Shown here: positions 10,115-18,775 of the stretch, in pieces
How positions within the stretch are numbered: position 1 is the first letter of the stretch
How the letters are laid out: every line of letters begins with the position of its first letter
Origin: Candidatus Melainabacteria bacterium 17Bon1m
Lineage (GTDB): Bacteria; Cyanobacteriota; Vampirovibrionia; Obscuribacterales; Obscuribacteraceae
Reading direction: 5' to 3'
Length of the DNA: 64,000 nucleotides
NCBI GenBank assembly: GCA_032128875.1
Contig: JAVLKG010000004.1
Coordinates: 224,001 to 288,000, forward strand
Made by a program: the position numbers and the translations under genes
The notes under the pieces: generated by a model
Told to the model about the DNA's origin: nothing
The model's input: the letters and a program-made list of their open reading frames with translations, nothing else
The model's database searches: none

Positions 10115-11158
10115 TTATTCGTGATGGCAACAATCGCCGTTTTGTCGCCCATTCCAATGTTTAACCGCGTCATCCACCAGAGCTAGATATTTTGCTCGTT
10201 CACTGTCTGTCAAAAACGAAGCGTGGAATGAATTACGTGCAAGAGTTTCCAACTCATCCTGATTCAGCTCCAGTGCGCTTTGCGCCGCTCTAAAGTTGTC
10301 CGAGACATAGCCACCGAAATAGGCAGGATCGTCCGAGTTGATTGTTGCCCTGATGCCCAACTCAAGCATCTTCTTCAAATTGTGTTGTTTTAAATGCTCA
10401 AAAACTTTCAAGCGCACATTGGAAAGCGGGCAGACAGTCAACGGCATTTGATGTTCAACCAAATGATTCGTCAAATTGGAATCTTCGAGACTTCTTACAC
10501 CGTGATCAATGCGGCTAACTTTGAGAATCTTAAGCGCTTCCCAGACATATTCCGGCGGACCTTCTTCGCCGGCATGAGCGACTGTGAGCCAGCCGTTGGC
10601 GCGCGCTTTATCGAAAACTTCCTTGAACTTTTGCGGCGGGTTGCCGACTTCTGCGGAGTCCAGTCCTACAGCGACAATACGATCGCCGTACTTGAGCGCG
10701 CTGTTGAGCGTTTGCATCGCAGACTCTGCACTTTGATCGCGCAAAAAGCACATAATCAGCTTGCTTGAAATACCGTACTTTTCTTTGCTTTCATGAGCGG
10801 CTTTGGACAAACCTTCGATAACAACCTCAAATGGAATGCCGCGTGCTGTGTGCGCTTGAGGATCGAAAAATATTTCGGCATGGACAACATTCTGTGCGTG
10901 TGCTTTTTCGAAATACGCAGCGGCAAGATCATGAAAATCCTGCTGTGTGCGTAAAACATTCATGCCCGCGTAATAAAGATCGAGAAAGGACTGCAAGTCC
11001 TGAAACTCATAAGCGGCTCTGAGTGCTTCTACGGACTGGAAAGGGACTTTGATTTTGTTGCGTTCGGCAATTGAAAAGATGAGTTCGGGCTCGAAGGTGC
11101 CTTCAATGTGAAGGTGTAGCTCTGCTTTGGGCAAAGAACCAGCCAGTTTTTCTACCAT
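10115..11158 (-). CDS. add: Adenosine/adenine deaminase
   Basis: PKAELHLHIEG, VAHAGEEG, RIDHG and NSDDPAYFGG motifs; GAGGAG RBS before ATG at 11158. Confidence 0.95.
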   Translation of the reverse strand: MVEKLAGSLPKAELHLHIEGTFEPELIFSIAERNKIKVPFQSVEALRAAYEFQDLQSFLDLYYAGMNVLRTQQDFHDLAAAYFEKAHAQNVVHAEIFFDPQAHTARGIPFEVVIEGLSKAAHESKEKYGISSKLIMCFLRDQSAESAMQTLNSALKYGDRIVAVGLDSAEVGNPPQKFKEVFDKARANGWLTVAHAGEEGPPEYVWEALKILKVSRIDHGVRSLEDSNLTNHLVEHQMPLTVCPLSNVRLKVFEHLKQHNLKKMLELGIRATINSDDPAYFGGYVSDNFRAAQSALELNQDELETLARNSFHASFLTDSERAKYLALVDDAVKHWNGRQNGDCCHHE

Positions 11159-11333
11159 CAAGTGCTCCTCGAAGACATGAAGTCCAAAAACTGCGCCCCA
11201 GTCAGCGTTGTCCGAGCCGAATGCAGTAGCTTTTAAATATACCGGATTCATCTTATGTTGTCTCATATCACGGCTGATATGATGGACAGGTCCGAGCGTT
11301 TGCAAGTAGAAAAGAAAACAGGTCTGGCTTTCG

Positions 11334-11822
11334 ATGAAAGTTTTGGTAGCCGTTGAAGACGAGCAGTTTTTGGGAGAGTTGAGTTCTTTTATGGCGGCGT
11401 ATCCGTGGCCGTCTGAGAGCGAGTTTCACATTTTGCATGTAGTTATGCCTGTGAAAATCGGCAGCTTTATGAGTGTTTTGCCGTCTCCTCTTTTGGAAAA
11501 CATAACAAAGGAAAGGCAAAAGGCCGGTGAGCTGATTGTCGATCAGGTAAAAAACGCTATTGATAGTGTGCAAAACAGTTCTAAGATCACTGTTGAAGTC
11601 ACAGAAGGTTTGCCGAAAGAAGAAATTTTGGATCGCGCTGTCAAACTCAAAGCATCACTGATTGTGATGGGCTCGCATAAGCGCAGCGTGAGCGATTTGA
11701 TGGTTGGAAACGTCACACAGGCGGTCGTGTCCAACGCGCCTTGCTGCGTCCTTGTTATTCCATTGCCCCACAAGAAGGGCAATGAAAAGAGCGGCGGAAA
11801 AGAGCCGCACAAGGTAATCTAA
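11334..11822 (+). CDS. Universal stress protein
   Basis: MKVLVAV start; LIVMGSH...VGNVTQAVV.NAPCCVLVI. Confidence 0.92.
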   Translation: MKVLVAVEDEQFLGELSSFMAAYPWPSESEFHILHVVMPVKIGSFMSVLPSPLLENITKERQKAGELIVDQVKNAIDSVQNSSKITVEVTEGLPKEEILDRAVKLKASLIVMGSHKRSVSDLMVGNVTQAVVSNAPCCVLVIPLPHKKGNEKSGGKEPHKVI

Positions 11823-11824
11823 AA

Positions 11825-12280
11825 CTATTTGCAGACAGTTTCGCGAATAATTTCAACCGAGCACGGAGCAGTCGCTGCCACCACCCGCGATACTTCACCA
11901 AGCATATTGTGCGCACAAGTACCATGCCCCTGCGCTCCAATCAATATTCTGTCTGCACCAAATTCGATGGCACTCTCAACGATTTCCTTTTTCGGAGAGC
12001 CATCTTTTACCGTGAATTCAACGGCTAAATTCTTCGATGCGAGTTGTTTTTTCAATTTATCGCTGATTTTTTCTACGAGAGTTTTAGCAGTTTGGCGTCT
12101 TTTCTGAGTGCCTTCTTCCACGAGGGCACGCATGTCTGTGCGAGATTCACAATCAAATGGAATAGGCTCGAGCACAGTCAAAATCAAGACTTCCGTATTC
12201 TGAGGCCAATCACGTTTGACCGCGCTGTCTATTACAGCTTCGGAATAAGGTGAATCATCAACTGCAATAAGTACTTTCAC
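11825..12280 (-). CDS. Universal stress protein
   Basis: KVLIAVDDS; ILIGAQG...LGEVSRVVAATAPCSVEII. Confidence 0.92.
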   Translation of the reverse strand: MKVLIAVDDSPYSEAVIDSAVKRDWPQNTEVLILTVLEPIPFDCESRTDMRALVEEGTQKRRQTAKTLVEKISDKLKKQLASKNLAVEFTVKDGSPKKEIVESAIEFGADRILIGAQGHGTCAHNMLGEVSRVVAATAPCSVEIIRETVCK

Positions 12281-12424
12281 ACCGGGGTCTCCAAGAAAGG
12301 CTTCAATTTATTTGTATCGCACGCAGAGTCGAAATGGCGTCATTTTGACGGATCTTTACGATGATCGACGCCAATCCGTATCAAACCAAGTCAATGCGCG
12401 CCTACCCGTGACTAAAAGCACCAT

Positions 12425-13147
12425 CTATACTAGGCCGCGGCGCATGGCTTGCACTGCTGCCTGCGTGCGATCGTCGACAGCCAGTTTATTCAGTATGTTT
12501 CGAACGTGAGTCTTTGCGGTCGCCAACGAAATCACCAACCGGTTGGCGATTTCCTGATTGCTGCAACCTTCTACCAGCAATTTGAGTACTTCCAGCTCAC
12601 GGTTGGACAAAGGCTCCGGAAGTGAAGGCAGTTCTTCGCCCTGCGAATGCCCATTCGACTCAGCGGGGGGCTCTGGTGGTTTTCTTATGGTGATATTTTT
12701 CTGGGCCGCGTAATGTGCTACGACCTTGTGTGCGATTGCAGAGTCTAGCCAGAAGTCCCCATTATGAATACTTCGAACCGCTATGTAGAGTCGGTCGGGA
12801 GCCACGTCTTTAAGACAATATCCACCCGCTCCTGCCGAAATTGCAGCAAAAATATCTTCTTCACTGTCATGAGAGGTCAGCATAATTATGCGCTGCATAG
12901 GATTTTCCGAGCAAATTTGACGCGCTGCTTCTATTCCGTCAAGCAGAGGCATACCTACGTCCATCAAGACTACATCAGGCTTTAGCTGGCGAACAAGCTC
13001 GACGGCAATGGCGCCGTTTTCTGCCTCGCCAATCACCTTAATGTCGGGTGTTCTCTCCAGCACTGTACGAAGGCCAATTCTTGTCAGAAGGTGATCTTCG
13101 ACAAGCACCACTCTTATTTCGTTCGTATTTGAGTGACCGTTTTCCAT
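12425..13147 (-). CDS. NarL/LuxR-family response regulator
   Basis: REC domain (VEDH, DVVLMD, GYCLK) plus LSNRELEVL...TAKTHVRNILNKL HTH. Confidence 0.95.
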   Translation of the reverse strand: MENGHSNTNEIRVVLVEDHLLTRIGLRTVLERTPDIKVIGEAENGAIAVELVRQLKPDVVLMDVGMPLLDGIEAARQICSENPMQRIIMLTSHDSEEDIFAAISAGAGGYCLKDVAPDRLYIAVRSIHNGDFWLDSAIAHKVVAHYAAQKNITIRKPPEPPAESNGHSQGEELPSLPEPLSNRELEVLKLLVEGCSNQEIANRLVISLATAKTHVRNILNKLAVDDRTQAAVQAMRRGLV

Positions 13148-13255
13148 TCGCAATGTATTTAAGAACACAGCTCTACTGGCCTTTAAGTATTATTTTGTAA
13201 CCAGGGATTGAAATTGATTTTAGTAACCGGAATGCAAGTACTTGTCTTCTAAGAA

Positions 13256-13396
13256 TCATCCTAAAGGATGAGCGCTATTTTGTCCTCTTGGAAGGGAAAA
13301 ATTTACCCCTGCTTGATCCATAGAGAATAGGAATTTGCGTGTACTAATCCCTATTATCCGTAAGAGTGATGGCATAGGCGTCACTCGAAAGGGTGG
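13256..13396. promoter_or_regulatory. Three 6-4-6 inverted-repeat boxes, candidate NarL/LuxR binding sites
   Basis: TCATCC-taaa-GGATGA (13256, perfect), TTATCC-gtaa-GAGTGA (13354), TCACTC-gaaa-GGGTGG (13381), lying between the divergent regulator and sigma genes. Confidence 0.5.
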
Positions 13397-13609
13397 GTTC
13401 TACCTATACCTACGCATAAATCTTTTGATTTAGGCGGTCTTCTGACAACCGTTACGATTTAATTAAGACAGGAACGTATGTATGGTGCCATACGTCATGC
13501 TGGGTATATTGCAAATAGGAAAGAGAGAAATCGCGCTCTGGAATCGGCAAAATCCTGTCGCAGCCAGGCTCGTAGGTTACCCAAAAAGCTTACTCGATAA
13601 GTAATTTAT

Positions 13610-14629
13610 ATGAACAAAACAGGCCTTCAACCAAGACCAAAACTGAATACAACTAAAGGCAAAGGCAAGCGCGCCAACGGATCTGGGGAATATGCATTCC
13701 CGCTAGAAGCCGACTCATCCGCCTTTGAAGATCTTGGCTGGGATCCAGAAAACGATTCCACTCAAGAATCTGAGTCAGGCGAAGGCACATATATTGAAAA
13801 AGGCGATCCTAACGCCCTGTCTTTCTACTTGAAAGAAATCGGAAAACACAAGCTGCTCAAAGGGTCTGAGGAGATAGACCTGGCTCGCCGGTTAAAATCC
13901 GGTGATATGGATGCCAAAAATGCGCTTGTTAGAGCCAATCTTCGTTTGGTGGTGAGTATTGCGAAGCGGTACCGCAACCGCGGTATGTGTTTTGAGGATC
14001 TCATTCAAGAGGGAAGCGTCGGTCTCATTCGGGCCGCCGAAAAGTTTGATGCCGAGAAGGGTTTCAAGTTTTCGACCTATGCCACCTGGTGGATTCGTCA
14101 AGCCATAACTCGCGCGCTGGCAGACAAGTCGCGCACGATTAGAGTGCCAGTGCACATGATCGAAACGCGCAGCCTGGTGCGCAAAACAACCAAGATCTTC
14201 TTTGACCAACACGGAAGATTGCCCTCAATTGACGAGATAGCGGAGCTTTCCGGGCTCGAGAAAGAGAAGGTCCAAACTGCGCTTACAGCGGACAAGACCC
14301 TTGTCTCCCTTGACCTCAAGGTGGGCGAGGACCAAGATACTTCACTTTCCGAAATGATTCCGGATGAAGATAGCTCTTCACCTGACCAAAAGGTAAGCGC
14401 GCAGCTGGTTTCAAGGCAGGTAGCCAGCTTGCTCGAGCATCTCAACACCAATGAGAAAGCTCTTGTAGAGCTTCGTTACGGGCTTAAGGACGGCACGCCG
14501 CTCAGCTTGGAGCAGTGCGGACAGCGCATGGGAATGAGCCGGGAGCGTGTAAGACAGATTGAGAGCAAGGCTTTTAAGAAGTTGAGAAACAGTAAGGATC
14601 TTTTTGAGCTAAGGGACCTGTTAAATTAG
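13610..14629 (+). CDS. RpoD/SigA-family sigma-70 factor (group 2-like, no region 1.1)
   Basis: [33 protein letters not shown] and SRERVRQIE motifs. Confidence 0.95.
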   Translation: MNKTGLQPRPKLNTTKGKGKRANGSGEYAFPLEADSSAFEDLGWDPENDSTQESESGEGTYIEKGDPNALSFYLKEIGKHKLLKGSEEIDLARRLKSGDMDAKNALVRANLRLVVSIAKRYRNRGMCFEDLIQEGSVGLIRAAEKFDAEKGFKFSTYATWWIRQAITRALADKSRTIRVPVHMIETRSLVRKTTKIFFDQHGRLPSIDEIAELSGLEKEKVQTALTADKTLVSLDLKVGEDQDTSLSEMIPDEDSSSPDQKVSAQLVSRQVASLLEHLNTNEKALVELRYGLKDGTPLSLEQCGQRMGMSRERVRQIESKAFKKLRNSKDLFELRDLLN

Positions 14630-14725
14630 TTTCGACAAGCTTCTAAAGATCAGGCCATCGGGCGAGGCAAACCGTTTTCCAAAGTGGTGTAATAGAAACC
14701 GTTTTTGGTATCCACGGAAATCCTA

Positions 14726-15055
14726 ATGACCGGTACTTCACTTAAGCCCCAGGACGCACAGCTAGTTGAGAGTGGCCTCAACTCACTCAGTCCACGTTGG
14801 ACAACTGCCATATTGATTCAGCTTTCGGGCGGCACAAGACGCACGACTCATTTGATGCGTTCTCTGCCCGGATTGTCTGCCAAGACTCTCACCGAGCGGC
14901 TGCGCAAACTGCAGAAGCTCGGTCTTGTCACACGCGAAACTTTCAGAGAAGTTCCGCCTAGAGTCGAGTACACACTTACTACCGAAGGTGAGGAAGTAGT
15001 TACTCTGCTCGGCAAGATCAAAGAAGTTTGTCCGAAGTGGGCCGACCTCGGTTAG
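14726..15055 (+). CDS. HxlR-family winged-helix regulator
   Basis: LSAKTLTERLRKL...EVPPRVEYTLT. Confidence 0.9.
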   Translation: MTGTSLKPQDAQLVESGLNSLSPRWTTAILIQLSGGTRRTTHLMRSLPGLSAKTLTERLRKLQKLGLVTRETFREVPPRVEYTLTTEGEEVVTLLGKIKEVCPKWADLG

Positions 15056-15102
15056 AACGATTTGCCGCGTAACGGCATTTGTTCGCACTGAGAAAAGGTT
15101 GA

Positions 15103-15510
15103 CTAAGCGGATTTGCTTGAATTCTCTTCGTAAATCGAAGGGTAGATTTTGAACGTCGGCTTTATCACGGGTAGCAAGGCGAGTGCCTTGTGTACCGGTC
15201 CTTTGCTGACTATTCTTCCTTGCAGTAGTGCCACCGCAGGTGGTTCTTTTCCCAGCCAGAAATTATGTGCAACGTCTGACTTCATCGTCATCTCGACGTC
15301 TGGCACAATTCCGCATTCACCGAAATGAAAGCGCAACTCTTGCCCGTCACTTCCGTCGATTGTGAGTACACCATCCGGGTCTTTGTATTTGAATCGGACC
15401 ACAAGCTTTGAATGTAGTAATTTTCCGCTGATCTCTTCTTCTGATTTGATATACGACCACAGCCGCTCCATCACTGTATAGAGCTCGTCTGTGTTGGTGA
15501 AATATGGCAT
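15103..15510 (-). CDS. SCP2 sterol-carrier-like protein
   Basis: PDVEMTM..D.A..FW.G....AL..G.I...G pattern typical of SCP2 folds. Confidence 0.7.
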   Translation of the reverse strand: MPYFTNTDELYTVMERLWSYIKSEEEISGKLLHSKLVVRFKYKDPDGVLTIDGSDGQELRFHFGECGIVPDVEMTMKSDVAHNFWLGKEPPAVALLQGRIVSKGPVHKALALLPVIKPTFKIYPSIYEENSSKSA

Positions 15511-15567
15511 CCTAGACCCCCCTGAATATCCTAAAAAACGTGACCTCCTAAAACTACTTTACAACGC

Positions 15568-16077
15568 TTAATCCAATTCGACTATAGTTCCTGATATAGA
15601 GCCGCTCGCGATATCCAAGGTTCCCATGGTGTGTTTGGGTTGACGTCGTCTGTCCGTTGCGGATCCAGGATTGAAGAGAAGAATCCCTTCCTCCAGTGAA
15701 TTCATTGGAATATGCGAGTGTCCAAAAATGACTGCATCGGCTTGCGGGAAGAGCCTTTTCATTCTGCCTGCTCGGCCTTTACTGTCTCCAGAGTCGTGAA
15801 TAATCGCCAGCTTTACGCCATCTACCTCAATTTCCAGCTTCTCGGGCAAGTCGAGTCCGATATCGTTGTTGCCCAAAACTGCAAAGAGTGGAAGCATTTT
15901 GCTCAGATAGTCGAGAAAATCCCCGGTCAAAATGTCGCCGGCATGTATGAGCATGTCCGACTTTTCGATGATATCCAGCGCTTTTGCTGGTAGTCCTCGG
16001 GCTCTTTTAGGTATGTGAGTGTCGGCAAGGACAGCTATCTTCAAGCTCCGGTTTCCTGTTGCACTAAGTAGTGCCAT
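15568..16077 (-). CDS. YfcE/MJ0936-like metallophosphoesterase
   Basis: DTH, HAGD, GNND, FGHSH and NPGS motifs; start uncertain. Confidence 0.92.
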   Translation of the reverse strand: MALLSATGNRSLKIAVLADTHIPKRARGLPAKALDIIEKSDMLIHAGDILTGDFLDYLSKMLPLFAVLGNNDIGLDLPEKLEIEVDGVKLAIIHDSGDSKGRAGRMKRLFPQADAVIFGHSHIPMNSLEEGILLFNPGSATDRRRQPKHTMGTLDIASGSISGTIVELD

Positions 16078-16165
16078 TCTACCGATGGTCACAAGGATTT
16101 AGGCGGAAGCGCGAAAGTCCCTGCCGCATGCCTGCAGCCAGAATGCGGCAGCCAACATATTGAGT

Positions 16166-16915
16166 CTAGCGATTAGTGACCATTTGCAGTCTGCTATTTC
16201 TGCCAGCACGATATCCGTGGCTGTCTGATAGCGGCAAATAACCTTGATTGTTGTGAGCAGGCATGGCTGCAAATGTAGTGGCGGTGATGGCGTGCGGTGG
16301 ATCAGCTATAGGCTGCATGACCGGCAATTGAGCATTCGCCATCGGGACAGCGGCTCCGGCTGCGCCTGGTGCGTATGGATTTGAGGGAGGTGTTGCAGGG
16401 ACAAAATGTTGTGTCGGTGCAAATTGTTGATGAGGGTGTTGTGGAACTTGATTGACGAGCGGTGCCGGAACATTGGTATTCAATGGCGCCGGGACGCTAT
16501 TACTGAGTGGTGCAGGAACGCTAGTGCTGATCGGAGCATGAGACGCAGGTGCGAAATCGACAGCTCTGGGTGTTCCGAAAGTAGGATGATGTCCGGGTTT
16601 GCGGTTGTGAATCGGGACGACTTTCTTGAGTCCTGAAATCAACATTTGATCCGTTTCTACTGAAGGCGTTCCTTCCAGGCCCTGAGCCGAATATTCAGAG
16701 TGGTCGGGATTGAACATCAAATAGATTCCAAATCCGAGGCTAATTCCTAGAGCACTCATGAGCATTCCGCTCACGACGTAAGTGCGCATAGGAGTCTTGG
16801 GTCTTTGAGAAAAAGAAATCGCCATCAGGTTTTCCTTACTGCCACGCGCCATTTGTGCAATGGTCGGTATCTCCGGCTTCGGGGATTCGCTGTGCGTGCT
16901 GTCGGTGTCAACCAT
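16166..16915 (-). CDS. Single-pass membrane protein with Pro-rich tail (VPAPL 8-aa repeats)
   Basis: One hydrophobic segment; SVPAPLSN-SVPAPLNT-NVPAPLVN. Confidence 0.7.
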   Translation of the reverse strand: MVDTDSTHSESPKPEIPTIAQMARGSKENLMAISFSQRPKTPMRTYVVSGMLMSALGISLGFGIYLMFNPDHSEYSAQGLEGTPSVETDQMLISGLKKVVPIHNRKPGHHPTFGTPRAVDFAPASHAPISTSVPAPLSNSVPAPLNTNVPAPLVNQVPQHPHQQFAPTQHFVPATPPSNPYAPGAAGAAVPMANAQLPVMQPIADPPHAITATTFAAMPAHNNQGYLPLSDSHGYRAGRNSRLQMVTNR

Positions 16916-17252
16916 GAATGTAACTTCTAGAACCTGGTTATCAACAGATCTTATTAAACATTTAGTTCAATCGTTGCGATAGGGGAAGAATACGAGCTTT
17001 CAGATAAAACAAAATACCTCGGTACGCAGGCTTTGCCGAACCTGAAAAACCATACGGCTGCTAGGTTTTGGGATGTGTGCTTAGGACAGCGTTTTGAAAG
17101 CTCGATTTTTGAAATGTTAAGCAAGTTAGGTGGCTCTAACGTTTGAAACACTGATGGTTGCTGAGTTTTAGCTCATTCTCGGGAGTCTCCTTCTGAGACG
17201 CAAGCTATTATGGAAGTGAAACCGACGGTGGTGGCAAATAGAGTGTTGGCGA

Positions 17253-17504
17253 ATGTTTAGAGATTCAGCTCAATCAAAGGCTGCTTTGCGTTTTCTACGG
17301 CTGCTTTTCTATGCGCGGCAAGATGATCGCAATGGTGGAGGGCTCAAACCGCAAGATTTGTTCGAGCGCTCTGGAATGAGTAATGTGCGTGAAATGGAAG
17401 AAGTGGTGAAGATTTTGCGCGCAAATAAGATGATGGGTGCTTCCAATCGTGCCTTTGTCATTACTCAAGAAGGTATCGATTACCTCCTAAGAAACGAGCA
17501 TTGA
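17253..17504 (+). CDS. Small hypothetical protein, winged-helix-like
   Basis: 83 aa; C-terminal FVITQEGIDYL wing-like motif. Confidence 0.6.
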   Translation: MFRDSAQSKAALRFLRLLFYARQDDRNGGGLKPQDLFERSGMSNVREMEEVVKILRANKMMGASNRAFVITQEGIDYLLRNEH

Positions 17505-17551
17505 TTACTGGAGTGACCTTGATTGCTTAGGAGAAACGAGCAATTGCTTAG

Positions 17552-17581
17552 AAAAAGAAGGTCGCCGGAGTGCCGGCGACC
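17552..17581 (-). terminator. Intrinsic terminator after the csp-like gene
   Basis: GGTCGCCGG-4nt-CCGGCGACC stem followed by a U-rich tract on the minus strand. Confidence 0.7.
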
Positions 17582-17644
17582 CTCGCTCTATCTGTGGTTT
17601 CGAACTTTGGTTTGTGCCTCAGTTTGAAACGTTTTTTTGATTGC

Positions 17645-18091
17645 TTACTTGCAGCAGTCCTTGCCGCCACCGGCTTTCACCGTGTTGGTGCAAGCGTCTG
17701 CGCAAACATTGCACTGATCGATGCAGTCCTTGAGGGCTTCATCTTTCTGATCTGCACACACCTTGGCGCACTTCTTGCAGGCTTCTGCGCAAGCAGAGGC
17801 GAGTTTGGTTGCCAGTGAAGATCCACGAGTTTTTAGATCTGCGCTGGCTTTGCACAAAGTGATGCAATCTTTGACTGTGTTTATTGTGGCTTCGCTCGCA
17901 CCCTTGCTTTTCAAATGTTCTAATGCCTTTTCGCAGGCTTCGGCGCATTTGTTGCATTCAGTTGCGCAGGTTGCGTGTTTTGCAGCATCTGCAATCTTGA
18001 TGCCGTTGCTGTTGCCGCTGTTGGCAAACGCTACGGATGTTGTGAAAAACGCCATGGCCAAAGCCAATACGGTCAAATAAAAGCCTTTCAT
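17645..18091 (-). CDS. Four-helix-bundle copper storage protein (Csp/DUF326-like) with signal peptide
   Basis: 16 Cys, mostly in CxxxCxxCxxxC repeats; AFA cleavage site; AGGAG RBS 7 nt upstream. Confidence 0.88.
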   Translation of the reverse strand: MKGFYLTVLALAMAFFTTSVAFANSGNSNGIKIADAAKHATCATECNKCAEACEKALEHLKSKGASEATINTVKDCITLCKASADLKTRGSSLATKLASACAEACKKCAKVCADQKDEALKDCIDQCNVCADACTNTVKAGGGKDCCK

Positions 18092-18099
18092 TGCTTTTC

Positions 18100-18165
18100 T
18101 CCTTTTGAATGAATATTTAGAGAGTGACTGTCTGTGGAGGTTTTCAGCTCTCTAAATCAAAAGGA
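18100..18165 (-). promoter_or_regulatory. SD-sequestering stem-loop spanning the upstream ORF stop and the csp RBS
   Basis: Plus-strand TCCTTTTGA (18100-08) / TCAAAAGGA (18157-65) and ATTTAGAGAG (18115-24) / CTCTCTAAAT (18148-57) are exact reverse complements. Confidence 0.7.
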
Positions 18166-18553
18166 CCCTCAGCTCGAGGTACCGCTTGTTTTTCGAATGC
18201 ACCTGTTTTACTGGTTTTCTAAAGATTGGTTGAACCGCAGCAAGGCGAACCATGTGCGCGGTAGGCGTCCAAACGGGCGCGTTATATGGTACTTGCGCGT
18301 TTTTAGCTTGTTTGACTGTGACATCAGTGCGATCGACTGCCAGATTTGTCGGGCTGGACTCCTGACAGCAGTCCGCCATTTGCGAGCACATGCAGCTATC
18401 GGATTCTGAAGCAGACTGTGCCGCTGTCGCAGACTCAACTGCCGGCTTTATGCAGCAAGAATTCTGACTTGCCACAGCAGGCAGTATCGTCAAACTGAGA
18501 AAACTCAGTAACGCTAGTAAGAAGTTGATGCTCGGTCTTGTGATGTTGTTCAT
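18152..18553 (-). CDS. Cys-rich secreted-type leader protein (candidate metal-sensing uORF)
   Basis: Signal peptide; CC, CMC and CC motifs; C-terminus KRYLELRVLLI; 60 nt upstream of the csp-like gene. Confidence 0.75.
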   Translation of the reverse strand: MNNITRPSINFLLALLSFLSLTILPAVASQNSCCIKPAVESATAAQSASESDSCMCSQMADCCQESSPTNLAVDRTDVTVKQAKNAQVPYNAPVWTPTAHMVRLAAVQPIFRKPVKQVHSKNKRYLELRVLLI

Positions 18554-18775
18554 GAAATCCGAACGGACGTAATCCGAGTGACGAGATTCCTGTCTTCATG
18601 ATACCCGCCGAAAGCCCAATTTTTGTAGCTTTCTGGCGATTGGTTGTCTTGGCATCATGGGGCTGAGCTGACGACCACCTGAGCATATGTAGATGCAGGG
18701 TTTTTCGAACATGTTCCCGCCCTGTAAACTAGCGAGATCGAATAATGGAATTCCTTAGACCGAGGGAGTCGCCGT

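Noticed and set aside
11159-11333. Purine riboswitch upstream of the adenine deaminase
   Set aside because: Only a TCATATCA/TGATATGA hairpin; the conserved aptamer core is not seen.
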